A DNA stretch of 64,000 nucleotides. Source: the human T2T-CHM13v2.0 reference genome, Homo sapiens. Below are positions 14,700 to 29,012 of the stretch, one piece after another; position 1 is the stretch's first letter; each line of letters starts with the position of its first letter. The translations under genes and the position numbers were made by a program. The stretch is taken from NCBI RefSeq assembly GCF_009914755.1, contig NC_060930.1; one strand, written 5' to 3'. The notes under the pieces are model-generated. The model saw nothing but the letters and a program-made list of their open reading frames with translations, did no database searches and was not told the DNA's origin.

Positions 14700-17100
14700 T
14701 AATAACTTTATTTATTTTTTGTGGCCTTGGCTGGGACCTCCAAACCAAGGTTAAATAACTGATGATGACGTATTTCCTTTTCTTAAGGAGGAAAACTTGG
14801 GACATTTATCATTAATTATCTTTTTTGGTGGCTTCTAATAATTAGACTTTATGAAACTTGAGAAAGTTCCTTCTATTGATAGCTGTGAATTCTAATATTG
14901 AATGGGTTTGGAACATTATTAGTTATTTGTTGTTGTTGTTTATAGAAATCATCAAATTTTACTCCTTTGAGTTTAATAAGTTTAGTTTTAATTTTGAATC
15001 ACTCTTGCATTCTTAGAATGAAACCTATTTGGCCATGATGTTTTAACATACTCCTATGTTTAGAATATATAATTTTACTCAGTTTGTTGGATCATAATCA
15101 TAACTTTGTATCTCTATGAGTTTTTTTCTCTATGTGCACCCGTACAATTATTCTTTTCTAGTTCTTAAGCTAAAATTATAATGAATACTTGAAATTAATT
15201 TGAGAACTTTGTAGTTTTTCTATTTTTGAGACTTTTAAATTCTCCAGGATTCATTTCTTTTTAAAAAATTTATTATATTTGTCCTCAAAACTTTCTAAAT
15301 CTGATGTTTTTAGGGGAGAGACATTCATTTGTTTTTTCACTATATAAGAAAATAATTTCCAAGGTTATTTTTTAACTGCCTTTCATTTTTATAGAATATA
15401 TTTTTAGTGAAAAGTACAGATTCATTTAGTATTTCCAATGTATCTGCATAAATTTGCATAAAGGATTTTTTAAATTTTTAAATATCTTCTCAATGGGTTT
15501 GTATAAATATAATGTATTCTTTTTTATTTATTTTTAATTTATTCCTAATCAGACTTTTTTGAATTTACTCTGTATTATTGGTCTTTTCTTAGAAAGAATT
15601 GGATTTATTATTCAAACCCGAATGGCTCTTTTAGATTTATAATCTACTTTGTCAATATTTATATTTATCTTTTAAAACCATTTCTCTACTTTTAAAATTT
15701 AGTCAAATGCTTTTTCTTCTAGCTTTGCCAGTTGCAATTTTATTTCATGTTTTAAATCTTGTTTTTAAATGGATATACTTAATGCTATACATTTTTCTAA
15801 CTGGCTACATATGTTTTATTATATTTTATAACTTAGAATGCTATAAAATTTTTATGTAGTGTTATGTTAGCCATGGGCTATGATTTATTTTTTACTTTTT
15901 CTTTAACCTTAGCATTTATAACATTTTTAGAATTTCTAAATAATAAAATTGCTTTATTTAGCCTATTTCTGTTAATTTCTAATTGAATTCTGTGGAGTTA
16001 GAAAGTGTAGATATATTTTCTACTTTGAGGATTTGACTGGTGTTTTTCCAGTTTCCTGATTCAAATCAAGTTTGATTACTGTCCCACTGAGGTTTAAAAA
16101 GAATTCTATTTTGGAGGTAGTTTGATGTCTAAATGCACACATACACTTTCATAAAAGTCAAACTTGCTAATTATGATATTTAAAATGTCAAGGTTGTCAT
16201 TTATACTTTAACTGGTGTGAAAATTTCTTAGTGATGTGTATTAAGATCACCTATTTTTATTTTTAAATGTGTGATAACATCTCTAACTCTAATATGTTTA
16301 GTTTTACATATGTATATGCTATGTTGCTAGTTATGTAAGTTTCATATTTGCTTTATATTTTTCATGTATTATATTTTTAAAATAAACATAAAACAACCTT
16401 CTCTTAACTTTAACAGGATTTCTTATCACTGATTCTTCCTTTTGTTATTCTTCCTTTTGCTATTATTTGCCTGTTGATACTGTTCATCTGTTTAGTTTTC
16501 CATCCTCTACATGTTTTTGCTGTGAGTCTTTCTCCTGTAAATGGATATTTTTTCTACACAATGATATATGGACTGGCTTTGTGCCCCACCCAAATCTCAT
16601 CTTGATTTATAATCCAAATTGTAATCTCCACATGTTGGGAGAGGGACCTCGTGGGAGGTGATTAGACCATGGGATGCTATTCCCCCATGCTATTTTCGGG
16701 ATAGTAAGTGAGTTCTCGCAAAATCTGATGGTTTTATAAGGGGTTTTCTCCCCCTTCACTCTGCACTTCTCTCTCCTGTCACCATATGAAAAAGGATGTG
16801 TTTGCTTCCCCTTCCTCATCTACCATGATTGTAAGATCCCTCAGGTCTCTTCAGCCATGCGGAACTGTGTGTTAATTAAACCTCTTTCCTTTATAAATTA
16901 TCTAGTCGGGCAGTTATTTTTAGCAGTGTGAGGACAGACTAATATAAAATGCAAGATTCTTGTCTCTAAAATGGGGGAATGCAGTCCATTTGCATTAATT
17001 TTGATGTGTATGTTTTTGAATTATTCCATCACATTATATTTCTTAATTGATTACATCTTCTAGTTGACCTTTGCAAAGCTATTTCATAATCAGCACCCTT
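14700..17100 (-). mobile_element. Highly degraded old L1 (L1M), interrupted by a THE1 LTR
   Basis: T-rich antisense L1 ORF2-like tracts (ttggctgggacctcc…, gaaagttccttctatt); boundaries approximate. Confidence 0.5.
16562..16946 (+). mobile_element. THE1 (C/D-like) solo LTR
   Basis: tgatat…ccccacccaaatctcatcttga…attaaacctctttcctttataaatta…cagactaata. Confidence 0.88.
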
Positions 17101-18016
17101 CCTGAACCTTTTCCCCAATAGTGTTTATTTTGATTAAACCTACAAGCAAATTACTAGAAATAACTGTTATTTTTCTATATGTAAAAATCTTTATATCCCT
17201 TTTCTACCTAATATCTGTATTTTTTTGTTTGTTTTGTTTTGTTTTAGTTATATAGGTGGGCATTCCAGAGCAATACAGATTCCAGTGGTGACACTGACTT
17301 TTGACTCCCTGTCCCTCTCTCTTTAACAACTACAGGCAAATTAGGGAGTATAAGCTGAGCAACAGATCACTGCAAATTGTTTGATATCCCATCATCTTAC
17401 ACAGGCTTCAGTAGTTTGAGTCTCTGTCTTTTCCCAGTCCAGTGTTCTATCCAGGAACTGCTCCTAGCTAGTGGGATGAAGGGTACCACTGAAGGATTTA
17501 TTATTTACACTAACTTGACTGGAGGCACTCAGTCTATAATACAAATCCTTCCTACCATTCTCCCCAGAGCTTTCTGCAAGATAGACCTTGCCACGTGTGG
17601 CTCTACTTCTGAGTATTGTTTCCTAAATCAGTTTTTGGTTTTGATCACTAACGTCGGGTAAGAATCCCATTTCCAGGGAGACAAGGAGTACAGTTCAGGC
17701 TGTGACCTTAATCAAGATTTTAACACTGCTTATTTGAAATCTCTCTGTGTTTTTCATTTATCTCATTATTATGATTTATAGAATGTAAAATATTACATAT
17801 ACATACCTCTGATTAGTTTCTCCCTATTTCATTCTTTCCATATTTCTAGTCTGACTTTCAAGTTTCTTCTGATTTTATTGCATAACTCAGTGTAATTGTG
17901 CTCGCTAAACATAATTTCCATCCTCCCACTGTACCAATATATTTCCCTTCTAAATGCCCCAATAAATAGTACTACCCACTCGACATCAACATGTTCATCA
18001 TCATTTTGTTCCTAAA

Positions 18017-18290
18017 TTTTTTTTTTTTGAGATGGAGTCTCACTCTGTCACCCAGGCTGTAGTGATCTCAGATCACTGCAACCTCCACCTCCTGGATTCA
18101 AGTGATTCTCGTGCCTTAGCCTCCCAAGTAGCTGGGATTACAGGTGCGTGACACCACACCCGGCTAATTTTTGTATTTTAGTAGAGACAGGATTTCATTA
18201 TGTTGGCCATGCTGGTCTCAAACTCCTGACCTCAAGTGATCCACCTGCATCAGCTTCCCCAAGGGCTGGGATTACAGGTGTGAGCCACTG
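18017..18290 (-). mobile_element. Alu (AluS)
   Basis: T-run + gagatggagtctcactc…; TSD tgttccta(a/g)attt. Confidence 0.92.
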
Positions 18291-20849
18291 TTCCTAGATT
18301 TATTTTGAATGCCTGTAATGATTTACCCATAATTCATCAACAAATATGATTGAGGGAATTTGTTAAAGAAAACTCTTTGTATTATATGTTGCATCATTTA
18401 CAAAATTTAATTTATAAAACATATTTACTTTTACCAAGTGTTTTTTACGATTTATATTTCCCCATTTGATTTATAGTTATCATAAATTATATAAATATTT
18501 TCAATATTCAATGATATTTGCTATTTTAGAATAAACCCTAGTTGATTGTGGTGGTTTTTGTTAATAGTAGTAGATTTGGTTTACAATTATTTTATTGGGA
18601 ATTTTTTACACATTCTAATTAATATGTATAGTGAACAAATATGTTAATAATATATTTATTAAATGCTTATATAGATTGAATTTATCTCTGTTCCTTGACT
18701 GTTTAATTCTGCATGGATCTTTGAACATACTCTATCTCTCTTTTAAAAATTGTATATTATATGATATCCATTTGTAGAAAAGTCTTTTGTTCCTGTCATT
18801 CTTTTAATTACTAGTTACTGTACAATACCCCAATGGTCTTAGCAGGGAGTTTAACTCCAGCCTTCCATGAATAGTAAATTGAAGCTTACTTGGACAGTAA
18901 GATGCACAAAGAAGTAAGGATCCTTCTGTTCTGATCCTTAGAATAATTTTAAATTATTTAAATTTAAAACTTTTAAAATTTAAATTTTTTACTTTAAATT
19001 TAAATTTTAATGTTTTAAATAATTTTAAATAAATAAGAATCCTTAGAGTGCTTTTTATTTGGAAAGAAAAATAGAAGCCCTTACAGGAAGGCTGTCTTCA
19101 TCCTGTCCTATTAACCTTGGAAATAACGTGTGAATTGTTATCATAACCCAGGGATATGCCTTTCCAGTGTGAATAAGACTTTGAGGAGAATTGAAGAAAT
19201 ACCACACTGGGATGATATAATTAGGGCACAAGTGCAGTGTTTAAGTCACAGGGAAGTGGGATATGCATGTACTATATTAGTAGGGTTGAGCTTGGGCAAA
19301 GCTGTAGTACTTTCAGTTCTTTTGAGCATGTCTTCTTTCTTCCATCACTTGTCCTTCACCCCTGAATATCTCCTGGGTTGTTTTCAGCACTTAGGCTGCA
19401 TTACTCCTTTGTGGTTTCTCATTCAAACTTGCCCAACTCCATTTCTAGTTTTTTCTTTAGATATGTTAAGACCATTTATCAGACATGTTTTGTCAGTCAG
19501 AATGCTGTTTTTAACTCTTTAAAATGGCTGTTTTCTTTATTTTGATACATTTTACACCGGTATTATAGTTTAGTTCACAGAGGGAACTCAATTCCAAAAT
19601 CTTAGTGGGCACTTTTGTGCAGCTCTCCTGTGCTATTTATGACCTCATGCTTTTCTTTAATTAGCTAATTACCACCACCAATTTTCTCTGCAATTTTTAG
19701 TTTCAAATTCTTGCAGGTAACACTGTTTATAGTTTGTCATCTAGTTTAATCATTATTTCATTGAAAATGTACCATTTATAAGAGAAGTATACATAAGTAT
19801 TTAAAACCAATTTTTATAGGTTTACTTCTGGCCAAGAAAGATACAGAAAAATTGAGTGGAAGAGTAACTGGGTCAGAGATCAGAAATTGATCCAAAAGTA
19901 GAGCCAACATCTATAATGGCTCTTATTTTACATGATATTTCTATTTTACCATTAGTATTTCCAGATGAACTTTAATACAGTTTTTCAAGTTTTCTCAAAA
20001 CACACAGAAATCACTGTTTTTCTTCTGACTGCCTTGAATATATAGATACTATAATTTAAGGAAACTGACATTGTTACAATATCGAATTTGCATGCAAGGA
20101 AAGGCTATTTCCATTTATTCATGACCTCTTTTATTTTTCACAGAAAAGATTAAAAGATTTCTCCATATGATAGAACTATTATTGTACATTAGATAATTTC
20201 TTCATTTAGACTTCAAACAGGGTGTTGTTTTTAAATTGATGCTATTAATTTGTGTCTATGTGTGATATAAAAGACACTGAATTTAAAAATAAACACTTTT
20301 CCGTGGCTTCTCTTGGAAACAAATCTATTTACATATCCTTTACGGTATGTATTTCTGGAGTACCCCCACATAAATACTAATAGTTGCAAAAAATCTGTGT
20401 GTGTGTCTTTACAGGATATCAAGGTACACACTACCTTGATAGGTATTCTGTACACAAACACTCTTACCACATGCTAAAGGAAAGATAAAACTTCATTGCA
20501 AGGATGCAGAAGTTCAAAATGAGCCAGTCACAGATCTTATATACAGACTTCTTTATATCTGTTCTGTATCATATCATAGGAATTTACAGAATATCTGTAT
20601 ATCTTATAATTTTTAAAGAATAAAATCTTATACTAATACTTATGGTATAAGGTCAATTTAAAACTTGTAATATTGAATATTTTGTAAAATTTCTAATTTT
20701 AAAATTTGTAATTTGGGAAATTTATAATTTTCCATAAAATTTACATTCTAGATAACTGAGTATGAGGAAGCCCTATAGGCTAGGAATAATACAATATTTT
20801 ATTTCATATGGTTATATTAGGCTCCTACAGAGAGTGATCTGTGATATGC

Positions 20850-23800
20850 GCAATCTTTAAAATTCAAGGATGAATTTTAACAAATAACCTGTGTATCTAA
20901 TTTTCTGAATGTGTACATGCATATATATGAAATAAATGTTTAGAAGTAGAACTACTAGGTCAATGAATGGGTGCATGCATTGTTATTTTCTTATACATTG
21001 TCCAGTTGCCCTCTACTGGAGTTTGAGTAAATTTATCCTCCTTTATCCATGCTCCCCTGATTGACAGAGTTATATTTCTTGACTTTTGTTATCTGAATGC
21101 TACAAATATTAATTTATGTTTCATTTGTCTTTAGTGAGGTTTGAACAAATTTTTATGTGTTATATTTCCTCTTTTTGTATTACCTTCTTTGCAAAATTTT
21201 AAGTGCTTTCCCATTTTTTAATTAAAGTTAGCTATTCTTTTCTAGCTGATTTGTAGAGTCTCATACATTAGGGAAATTTGCCCTTTTACCTATGTGTTTC
21301 TAATGTTTTTGTAAAAATAATGAGTTATGAATTAATGACTAATGGATGGAAGGAAGTAAAGGACAGGGCCTTTGTGTTATACATTTTTAATTTTTTATTA
21401 AAGTATAATTTATATACAGCAAAAAGTATAAATCAATGTTTTGATAAGTACATACTTTAGTATGACCCACACCCCTAACAAGGTATCAAATATTTCTGTT
21501 ACCCAGAAGATACTTCAGGCCATTTTCATTCAATTTCCTCACCCTCAAAGAGGCAATCACTGTTCACATTTCCATCACAATAGACTAGCTTTGCCTGTTC
21601 TAGAACTTCATAAAATTGGAACCATATAGTATTTATCTTTTGACACCGGCTTCTTTTGCTCAGCATAATGTTTTTAAGTTATATCCATGTTATTGCATAT
21701 AACACTATTCTATTTCTATCTATGTTTCTGAGTATTAATTCCATTGTATGGAGATACCACACTTTGTCTACCCATTCTCCTATTGGACATATGGGTTTAT
21801 TGGAGTTTTTTGATATGGTGACTCAAGCTGATAAGGACATGCTTGTACAAATCCTTTTTTGGACTTATGTTTTCATTTCACTTGGATCAATATTCAGGAG
21901 TTGAATTAGTATGTCAGTGTTTGACATATGTATACATTTATTTTAAGATGGTAAACAGTTTATCAAATGGATTGTATCATTTTACATTCCCGACAAGGTA
22001 TAAATGTTCTGGTTTCTCACATTTTTTCTTACATTTATTGCTGTCAATGTTTTTAATCCATCATTCTAGCTTATATATTGTACTACTTCTTTGTAGTTTA
22101 ATTTGCATTTCCCTTATGACTAATGATGTTGAGCATCTTATGTGTGCTTACTGAACATGTGTATAACTTATTGATTGAAGGATTTATTCACACATTACAC
22201 CCACATTTTTAATGAGTTGTCTTTATTATTATTAACCTGTTCTTCATATATTCTGTATCTTCTGGATACAAGTTCTTCATCAAATGTATGCTTTGCCAAT
22301 ATGATCTTTTAGTCTAAGTTTGTCTTTTCACTTCCTTAACAGCAACTTTAGAAGAGCAAAAGCTTTTAATTTTTATAAAATTGGAGTTGTTAAAAAAATT
22401 AGTGCTATTTGTATTTTATCTAAGAAATATTTACCTAATCTAGGATCATGAATATTTTCTTTCATGTTTTATTCTAAAAGTTTTATAATCTTAGCATGCA
22501 TGTTTATTTCAATGATGCATCTTGAAATAATATTTATGTATGGTTTAAGGTAGGCAGTCAAAATTATCTTTATTCCCATGTAGATATACAGTTTTTCTGG
22601 CACTGCGTATTGGAAAGATGATATTTTCTCCATTGAATTACCTTGACATTTTAGTCAAAAGTCACTTAACCATGTGTGTATAGGTCTACTTTTGGACTCT
22701 GGATCAGTTGATCTAAATAACTACTCTTCCTCCAACACTGCCTTTTCTTCAAAATTGTAGATTTTAATTGGATTTGGATTGCACTGAACTTGGGGAGCAC
22801 TAACTTCTTAACAAAACTGAGCTTTCTGGTCCATGAACACAGTACATCCCTCAATTTTATCTTCAATTTCTGTCAGCAACATTTATATTGTGAGTCAGCA
22901 GATGGTGCATATACTTTACTATTTTCATATTTAAGTATTTTATTTTTAGTGGTGCTCTACCTAGGACTAAAAATACATACTCTATGCAATTTGATATCTT
23001 TATTCATTCTCCAGGACTGCTACGGCAAACTACATAAAGTGGATGGCTTAATAAAATGAACATTCATTCCCTTACAGTTCTGGAAGGCAGAAGTCTGAAA
23101 TCAACATATTGTCTAGGTCATACTGCCACTGAAAGCTCTAGGAGAGAATCCTTCCTCCTTTCTTCTAGTTTTTGGTGGATCCTGGTATTCCTTGTCTTGA
23201 GACAACTTAACTCTGCCTATCTCTGCCAACATCTTCACATGACCCTCTTATTTGTATGTCTCCATGTTTTACCATTTTTCTGTCACCTTTAAGGACACCC
23301 ATCATTGGATTTAGGGCTCATCCTAATCCAGGTTGATGTCTTCTTAGGATCTTTTTCTTAATTAGAACTGCAAACACCCTTATGTCAAATAAGGTCACAT
23401 TCTAAGTTATTGGGTGGACATATTTTTTTGGGGGGGTCACTATTTCACTTCCCACAATATCGTACCATGAATCACTTATCCTCTTTTGAAGTTTTTTCAC
23501 TCTGTGGTTCTATTTCAATCATTTCTATTGCTTGTATTCAAGTTTACTAATCTTTTCTTCTGAATTTGACAAAATGTTGTTCAAGTCTATCCAGATATTT
23601 TTTATTTCAGATATAGTCAGATCTGGAATTTCATTTTGATTCTTCATATATTTCATTTTTCTGTGATACTCACCATTTGTTCACTCAGTATGTTCATCTT
23701 TTTCCATAAATCCTTAAGCACATTTTAAATAGCTATTTTAAAGTCCTTGTTTGATGAGTCCAACATTTTTATCAGCTTCATATCTATTTCTATTGACTAT

Positions 23801-24590
23801 TTTCTCAAGTTATGGTCACATTTTCTGCTTCTTCATCTATCAAATTGATTGTGTGCTGTATATTGTGCGTGCTACACTGCTAAGAGTCTAGATTATGCTC
23901 TTTTAATTGAAAGAGTGTTGAATCTTGTTCTGGCGGGCAGTTAATTTATTGGCAGCTTGATCCTGGTCCTGAGCTTAGTAAGTCAGTTCTAGAGTTGCCA
24001 TGACTCTAGTGTTAGGGTAGCTCTACTCTTAAAGCTTGGCCTTTCTTGGGTCTCAACTGAATGCTCTGCATATTCACTGAATTCCCTTCATTTTGACAAG
24101 TCAGAATTTCAATGTCTCTCAACACTGTGGAACTACCAGAATCTTCATTAAGCTCACAGCCCCCCAGTAGTTATTGTCTGCCTGGTATTGTTGAGTGTTT
24201 GCACAAATGAAGTTTAGAATTCAGCTAAAGACTCAAGTGGACACCATGTCTATTTCTGAGCTCCTTAACTGCTCATATACTCCCTTCTGGTATCCTACCT
24301 CAAATTTTACTTGTTGCAGGAGCCCCACTCACCCATCTTTGTTTCCTAAACCTAGCAGCACTGCTGTTCACTACTTTGGGCTGTACTTCCCTGTATACAG
24401 TTGGGAAGGTGCTTGCAGGCAGAAATCTCTGGAAATCAAGAGGTCACTTTGTATGTTTCCCTTGTCTCAAGGATCACAATCCTGGGCTGTATATTTTCCG
24501 GTGGCTAAAAATAGTTGCTTTATACGTTTTGTCCATTTTTATCATTTTTTGTGGTACGAGAATAAGCCCAATGTCATGGCTGGAATTAGA
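20850..24590 (-). mobile_element. Old L1 (L1MB/MC-like) fragments, interrupted by MLT1
   Basis: Antisense L1 3'UTR/ORF2 motifs (tttaatttgcatttccctt atgactaatgatgttgagcatc); boundaries approximate. Confidence 0.6.
22997..23457 (-). mobile_element. MLT1A-like MaLR LTR
   Basis: cagttctggaaggcagaagtctgaaatcaa…aaggacacc…cattggatttagggc…aaataaggtcacattct. Confidence 0.75.
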
Positions 24591-24659
24591 ATATCCCTGT
24601 GTCAGTCACTTATGTTTTTTCAATACATGTTTGATGAATTAATTAATAACATTCAACAT

Positions 24660-24797
24660 ATTTCCATTTTTAAACCTATCAGCAGTACTTATATGATCTG
24701 TTAATTAGAAAATAATTGAAAATAAAAATTCTTCACCACATTTCCATTTTTAAACCTATCAGCAGTACTTATATGATCTGTTAATTAGAAAATAATT
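24660..24797. repeat. Two identical 58-bp direct repeats, period 80
   Basis: atttccatttttaaacctatcagcagtacttatatgatctgttaattagaaaataatt at 24660-24717 and 24740-24797. Confidence 0.95.
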
Positions 24798-25173
24798 AAA
24801 AATTGAAAATTAAAGAGAAAGTCTTTTATAAGTGTGATAACATACATATGTGGCATTAAACACAGAAAATCAGTGTCTGGCGTTAGCTTAGGGTCATTCA
24901 AGTGGCACAAAATAAATGAGAAATTGTTGAACTGTTGTATATACTTTTAGAAATAAGTGGTTACTCAGAATATACATTGCTCTGTGCATGTCACATACTA
25001 TTATAATAGATTTCCTTAAGAACAATAAACCAAAAACACTGTTTTTTATCTCACTAAAACAAAAGAATTGACCTATTCCTTTGAGTGTTTTATAAAGGAA
25101 TGTAACTGATTTAGTCAGTAATAACTATGTATATCACATATTTTAACTTTAACTTAGTATTTCTCCTATTCAG

Positions 25174-25373
25174 CTAGCAAGCACATTCTTTCATTTCACT
25201 CTGCATCCAAGAAAGAGCAAGAAGTGTATGTTAAGAAGAAAGCTGCTCAGGGAATTCAGAAATCCCCCAAGGGTAGAGCTGTAAGTGCAATACAAGACAT
25301 TGGTCTACCCCTTGTGGAGGAGGAAACTACCAGTACACCCACTAGAGAAGACAGTTCCAGCACACCACTGCAG
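25174..25373 (+). CDS. ADGB: Androglobin coding exon (~exon 28), 200 nt, phase 1-0
   Basis: ctattcag|CT AGC AAG CAC...CTG CAG|gtatat; SKHILSFHSASKKEQEVYVKKKAAQGIQKSPKGRAVSAIQDIGLPLVEEETTSTPTREDSSSTPLQ. Confidence 0.93.
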
Positions 25374-26010
25374 GTATATTAAAAACAATTGTTCAATTGG
25401 ACTGTTCCTAAAACCCTAACATAAAACAAAACAATCATTTCCCTAAAAATAGTCAATATACAGTGTGCAGTGCTGCCAATGTATAGCCAGAATTGGAGAA
25501 TAAGAGAGTCTTGAACAGTTTCTCTGTGCCAAGATCTTTAAATACATCTTGGCACAGAGATGTATTTAATATGTACATGAATACATCTTGGCAAATTTAA
25601 TATGTACATGAACTCTATAATGTACCTGTAATTATCTAATTTTATAGTTGGGTTATAAGAAGCTATATAACTTTGTGGGTCACATATTAATAAATGTCAC
25701 ATATTAAAGGTCATATATTAATAAAACTTAATTTGTATGTGCTTACAATTAAAGGGAAAAAAGATAATGTACATATTTATAAAACAGCAGACAAAGGTAT
25801 GACCTAGCCATTGGAAACCAAAAAGTAAAATAAGTTTAAATTAAATTAAAGGAATAGAAAAGAAAATGCCAGAAATAAATGTTAATATCACAGAAATTAC
25901 AATAAATCCAAATAGATCAAATTAATCAACTAAAATGCTAAAATTTTAAAGTTATATAAAAATAAGATCTAACTATTTTAAACAAACTGCTGTAGAAAGT
26001 TTCATGATAG

Positions 26011-26371
<361 letters not shown>

Positions 26372-27414
26372 TGATGATAGTTTTAATACATATAGAAACA
26401 TTATATAAAAATAAAAGGTAGAATAAATCAAGTAGACATGGCCATAACTAACATATAGGCACCTAATTATCTAGACACAATAAATAAAAAGCAATAACTA
26501 TTAGAACTACAGAGATAAAAAGATAAGTAAATCATGAATAATTGAAGATTTTTAACCCATGCCTCGTGGAAACTGACAGTTCAAGCTGAAAAACTAAGTA
26601 AATAGAATTGTGAGAATTTGAAAAAAAAATCTAAATATAAGCTTAATCATTTAGATATCTATATGGAACACTTTACCCAATAAACAGAGAATATACTTTT
26701 TTGGCACACATGAGATTTTTTTAAAATATCATGTAATAGACAATAAATGGAAGCCTCAATAAAATCCAAACTATCCCTATCATATAGTATGTTATCTGAA
26801 CTTAATGCAATAAAATAGAAACTAATAATTAACAAGGAGTTTTAAATCCTATAAATAATAAAACTAAATAAAATATATTAAATATACTAAATAATTCTTT
26901 AGTTTAAAAGAATATTAGAAAATAAATTATGAAATACATAAGATTCAATAACAATCCAAATTTGTAAACAACATCTAAAATAGCATTTGTTTACTACTAC
27001 TATTTTTAGTAGTAAAAATACAATGCAGCTTCTAGATTAATTCATTAGGAAGCAGGGATGATTAAAAACAAATGAGCTAAGCTATTGAAATAAAAATTCA
27101 AAAAAAGAACAGAAAAGTAACTCAAAGATAAAAGAAAGGATTTTAATAATGATGAGAGCAGAAATCAATGAAATGTGGAATAAAAAATAAAGATTAATAA
27201 AACCCAGGGTACTTTTAAAGATTAATAAAATACACGTACTTCTAGTAAGACCAACTAAGAAAAAGAGAAAAAGAAGATATAAATTAACCAAATACAGAAC
27301 AAAAAATTAGGGTGGAGGTGTAACAACAGACAATGGGTTAAAAAAATAAGAGTATTAGAAACAGCTCTGTGCCAGCAAATTTAAAACCTACAGGGTGGTA
27401 GGGGTGAGGGGGGC

Positions 27415-27756
<342 letters not shown>

Positions 27757-28748
27757 CCTGGGGGTGAGGGGGAAACACATAACTTCCTGAGGGTGGGGGA
27801 GAGGAGAAATCGCAGAGTTGATTCACAAGAAAATAGAAAATCTGAATAAAACAGTAAAGAATAATAAAATTGAAACGATAATTCAAAGTCCTCTAAGTCT
27901 TCCCTTTCCAAAAAACCATAGGCCCCCTTTTGGCTTTATAGGATAGGTCCAATAGACTTTTAAAAAGTAATTTCTTACGGAAAACAAACAATATAACTTT
28001 TCAATCCTTTTTAAGAAATTAATGTAATCCTGATTTCAAAACCAGATAAAGGTAACACAAAAAGGAATAAAATGTATTTATAAACATAGGTGATAAATTG
28101 CAAATAACATAATAGATATCCAATTCTAGCAGTGTATTAAGCAATCAGACAGAATTCTTCTCAGAAATTCAGAAATCTTTTACCATTGGAAAATCTATCA
28201 GTATTAGTCACTACAGTAATACACTAGATGAGAACAATCATATAATCCTGAAACATTTGACAAAGTTTAACACCTATTTATGGATTTCTAAAATGTGCTC
28301 TTAGCAAACTAGGCATAGGAGAGAACTTCTTCATCATAAATGTTACATGCCAAAAATTTTACACTTAATGGCCAAATCTCATATACAAAACCATTATACT
28401 AATGTGGGAAGTGTAAGTGTGTTCCTATTAAAATTGGAATAAGAAAAGAATGCTTGCTATAATTGTTAGTATTTAATGATACTGAACTATTATTATAATG
28501 GAAAGCCACAATGATACAAAGAACAAAATAATTAAAAGATTATTCTAAATAATCATTGAATTACTCACAGATAATATAATCATATGCCCAAGAAAAAACA
28601 ACAGAATAAACAAACTTTAGAACTAAGAGATTTTGGCAAGATTGCCAAAGACATTAATAGTAATAACTAATATATTGACTTACTTATTACTTACTATGCA
28701 CCTGATACTATGTGCTTCACACATAGATCTTGAATTCTCCCCATCAAC

Positions 28749-29012
28749 TTTTTTCTTTTTCTTTTTTGAGACAGAGTCTCACTCCATTGTCCAGGCAATG
28801 GCGTGATCTCAGCTCACTGCAATCTCCACCTACGGGGTTCAAGTGATTCTCTCGTCTCAGCCTCTGGAGTAGCTGGGATTATAGGCACATGCCCCCACAC
28901 CCGGCTAATATTTTTTGTATTTTTAGTAGACAAAGGGGTTCTCTACCATGTTGGCCAGGCTGGTCTCAAACCCCTGACCTCAGGTGACCCACCCACCTCA
29001 GCCTCTTGAAGT
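28749..29012 (-). mobile_element. Alu nested in a MIR (MIR ~28660-29170)
   Basis: Alu arms; MIR core atttcacagtcaaggaacctggagg…aagtgacttcctcaagg resumes at ~29030. Confidence 0.85.

Noticed and set aside
18945-19032. Palindromic tttaaa/aaattt-rich tract
   Set aside because: Low-complexity AT sequence; symmetry is expected by composition
24660-24797. Repeat-spacer-repeat resembling a CRISPR array
   Set aside because: Only two 58-bp copies in primate intronic DNA, with no cas genes or leader
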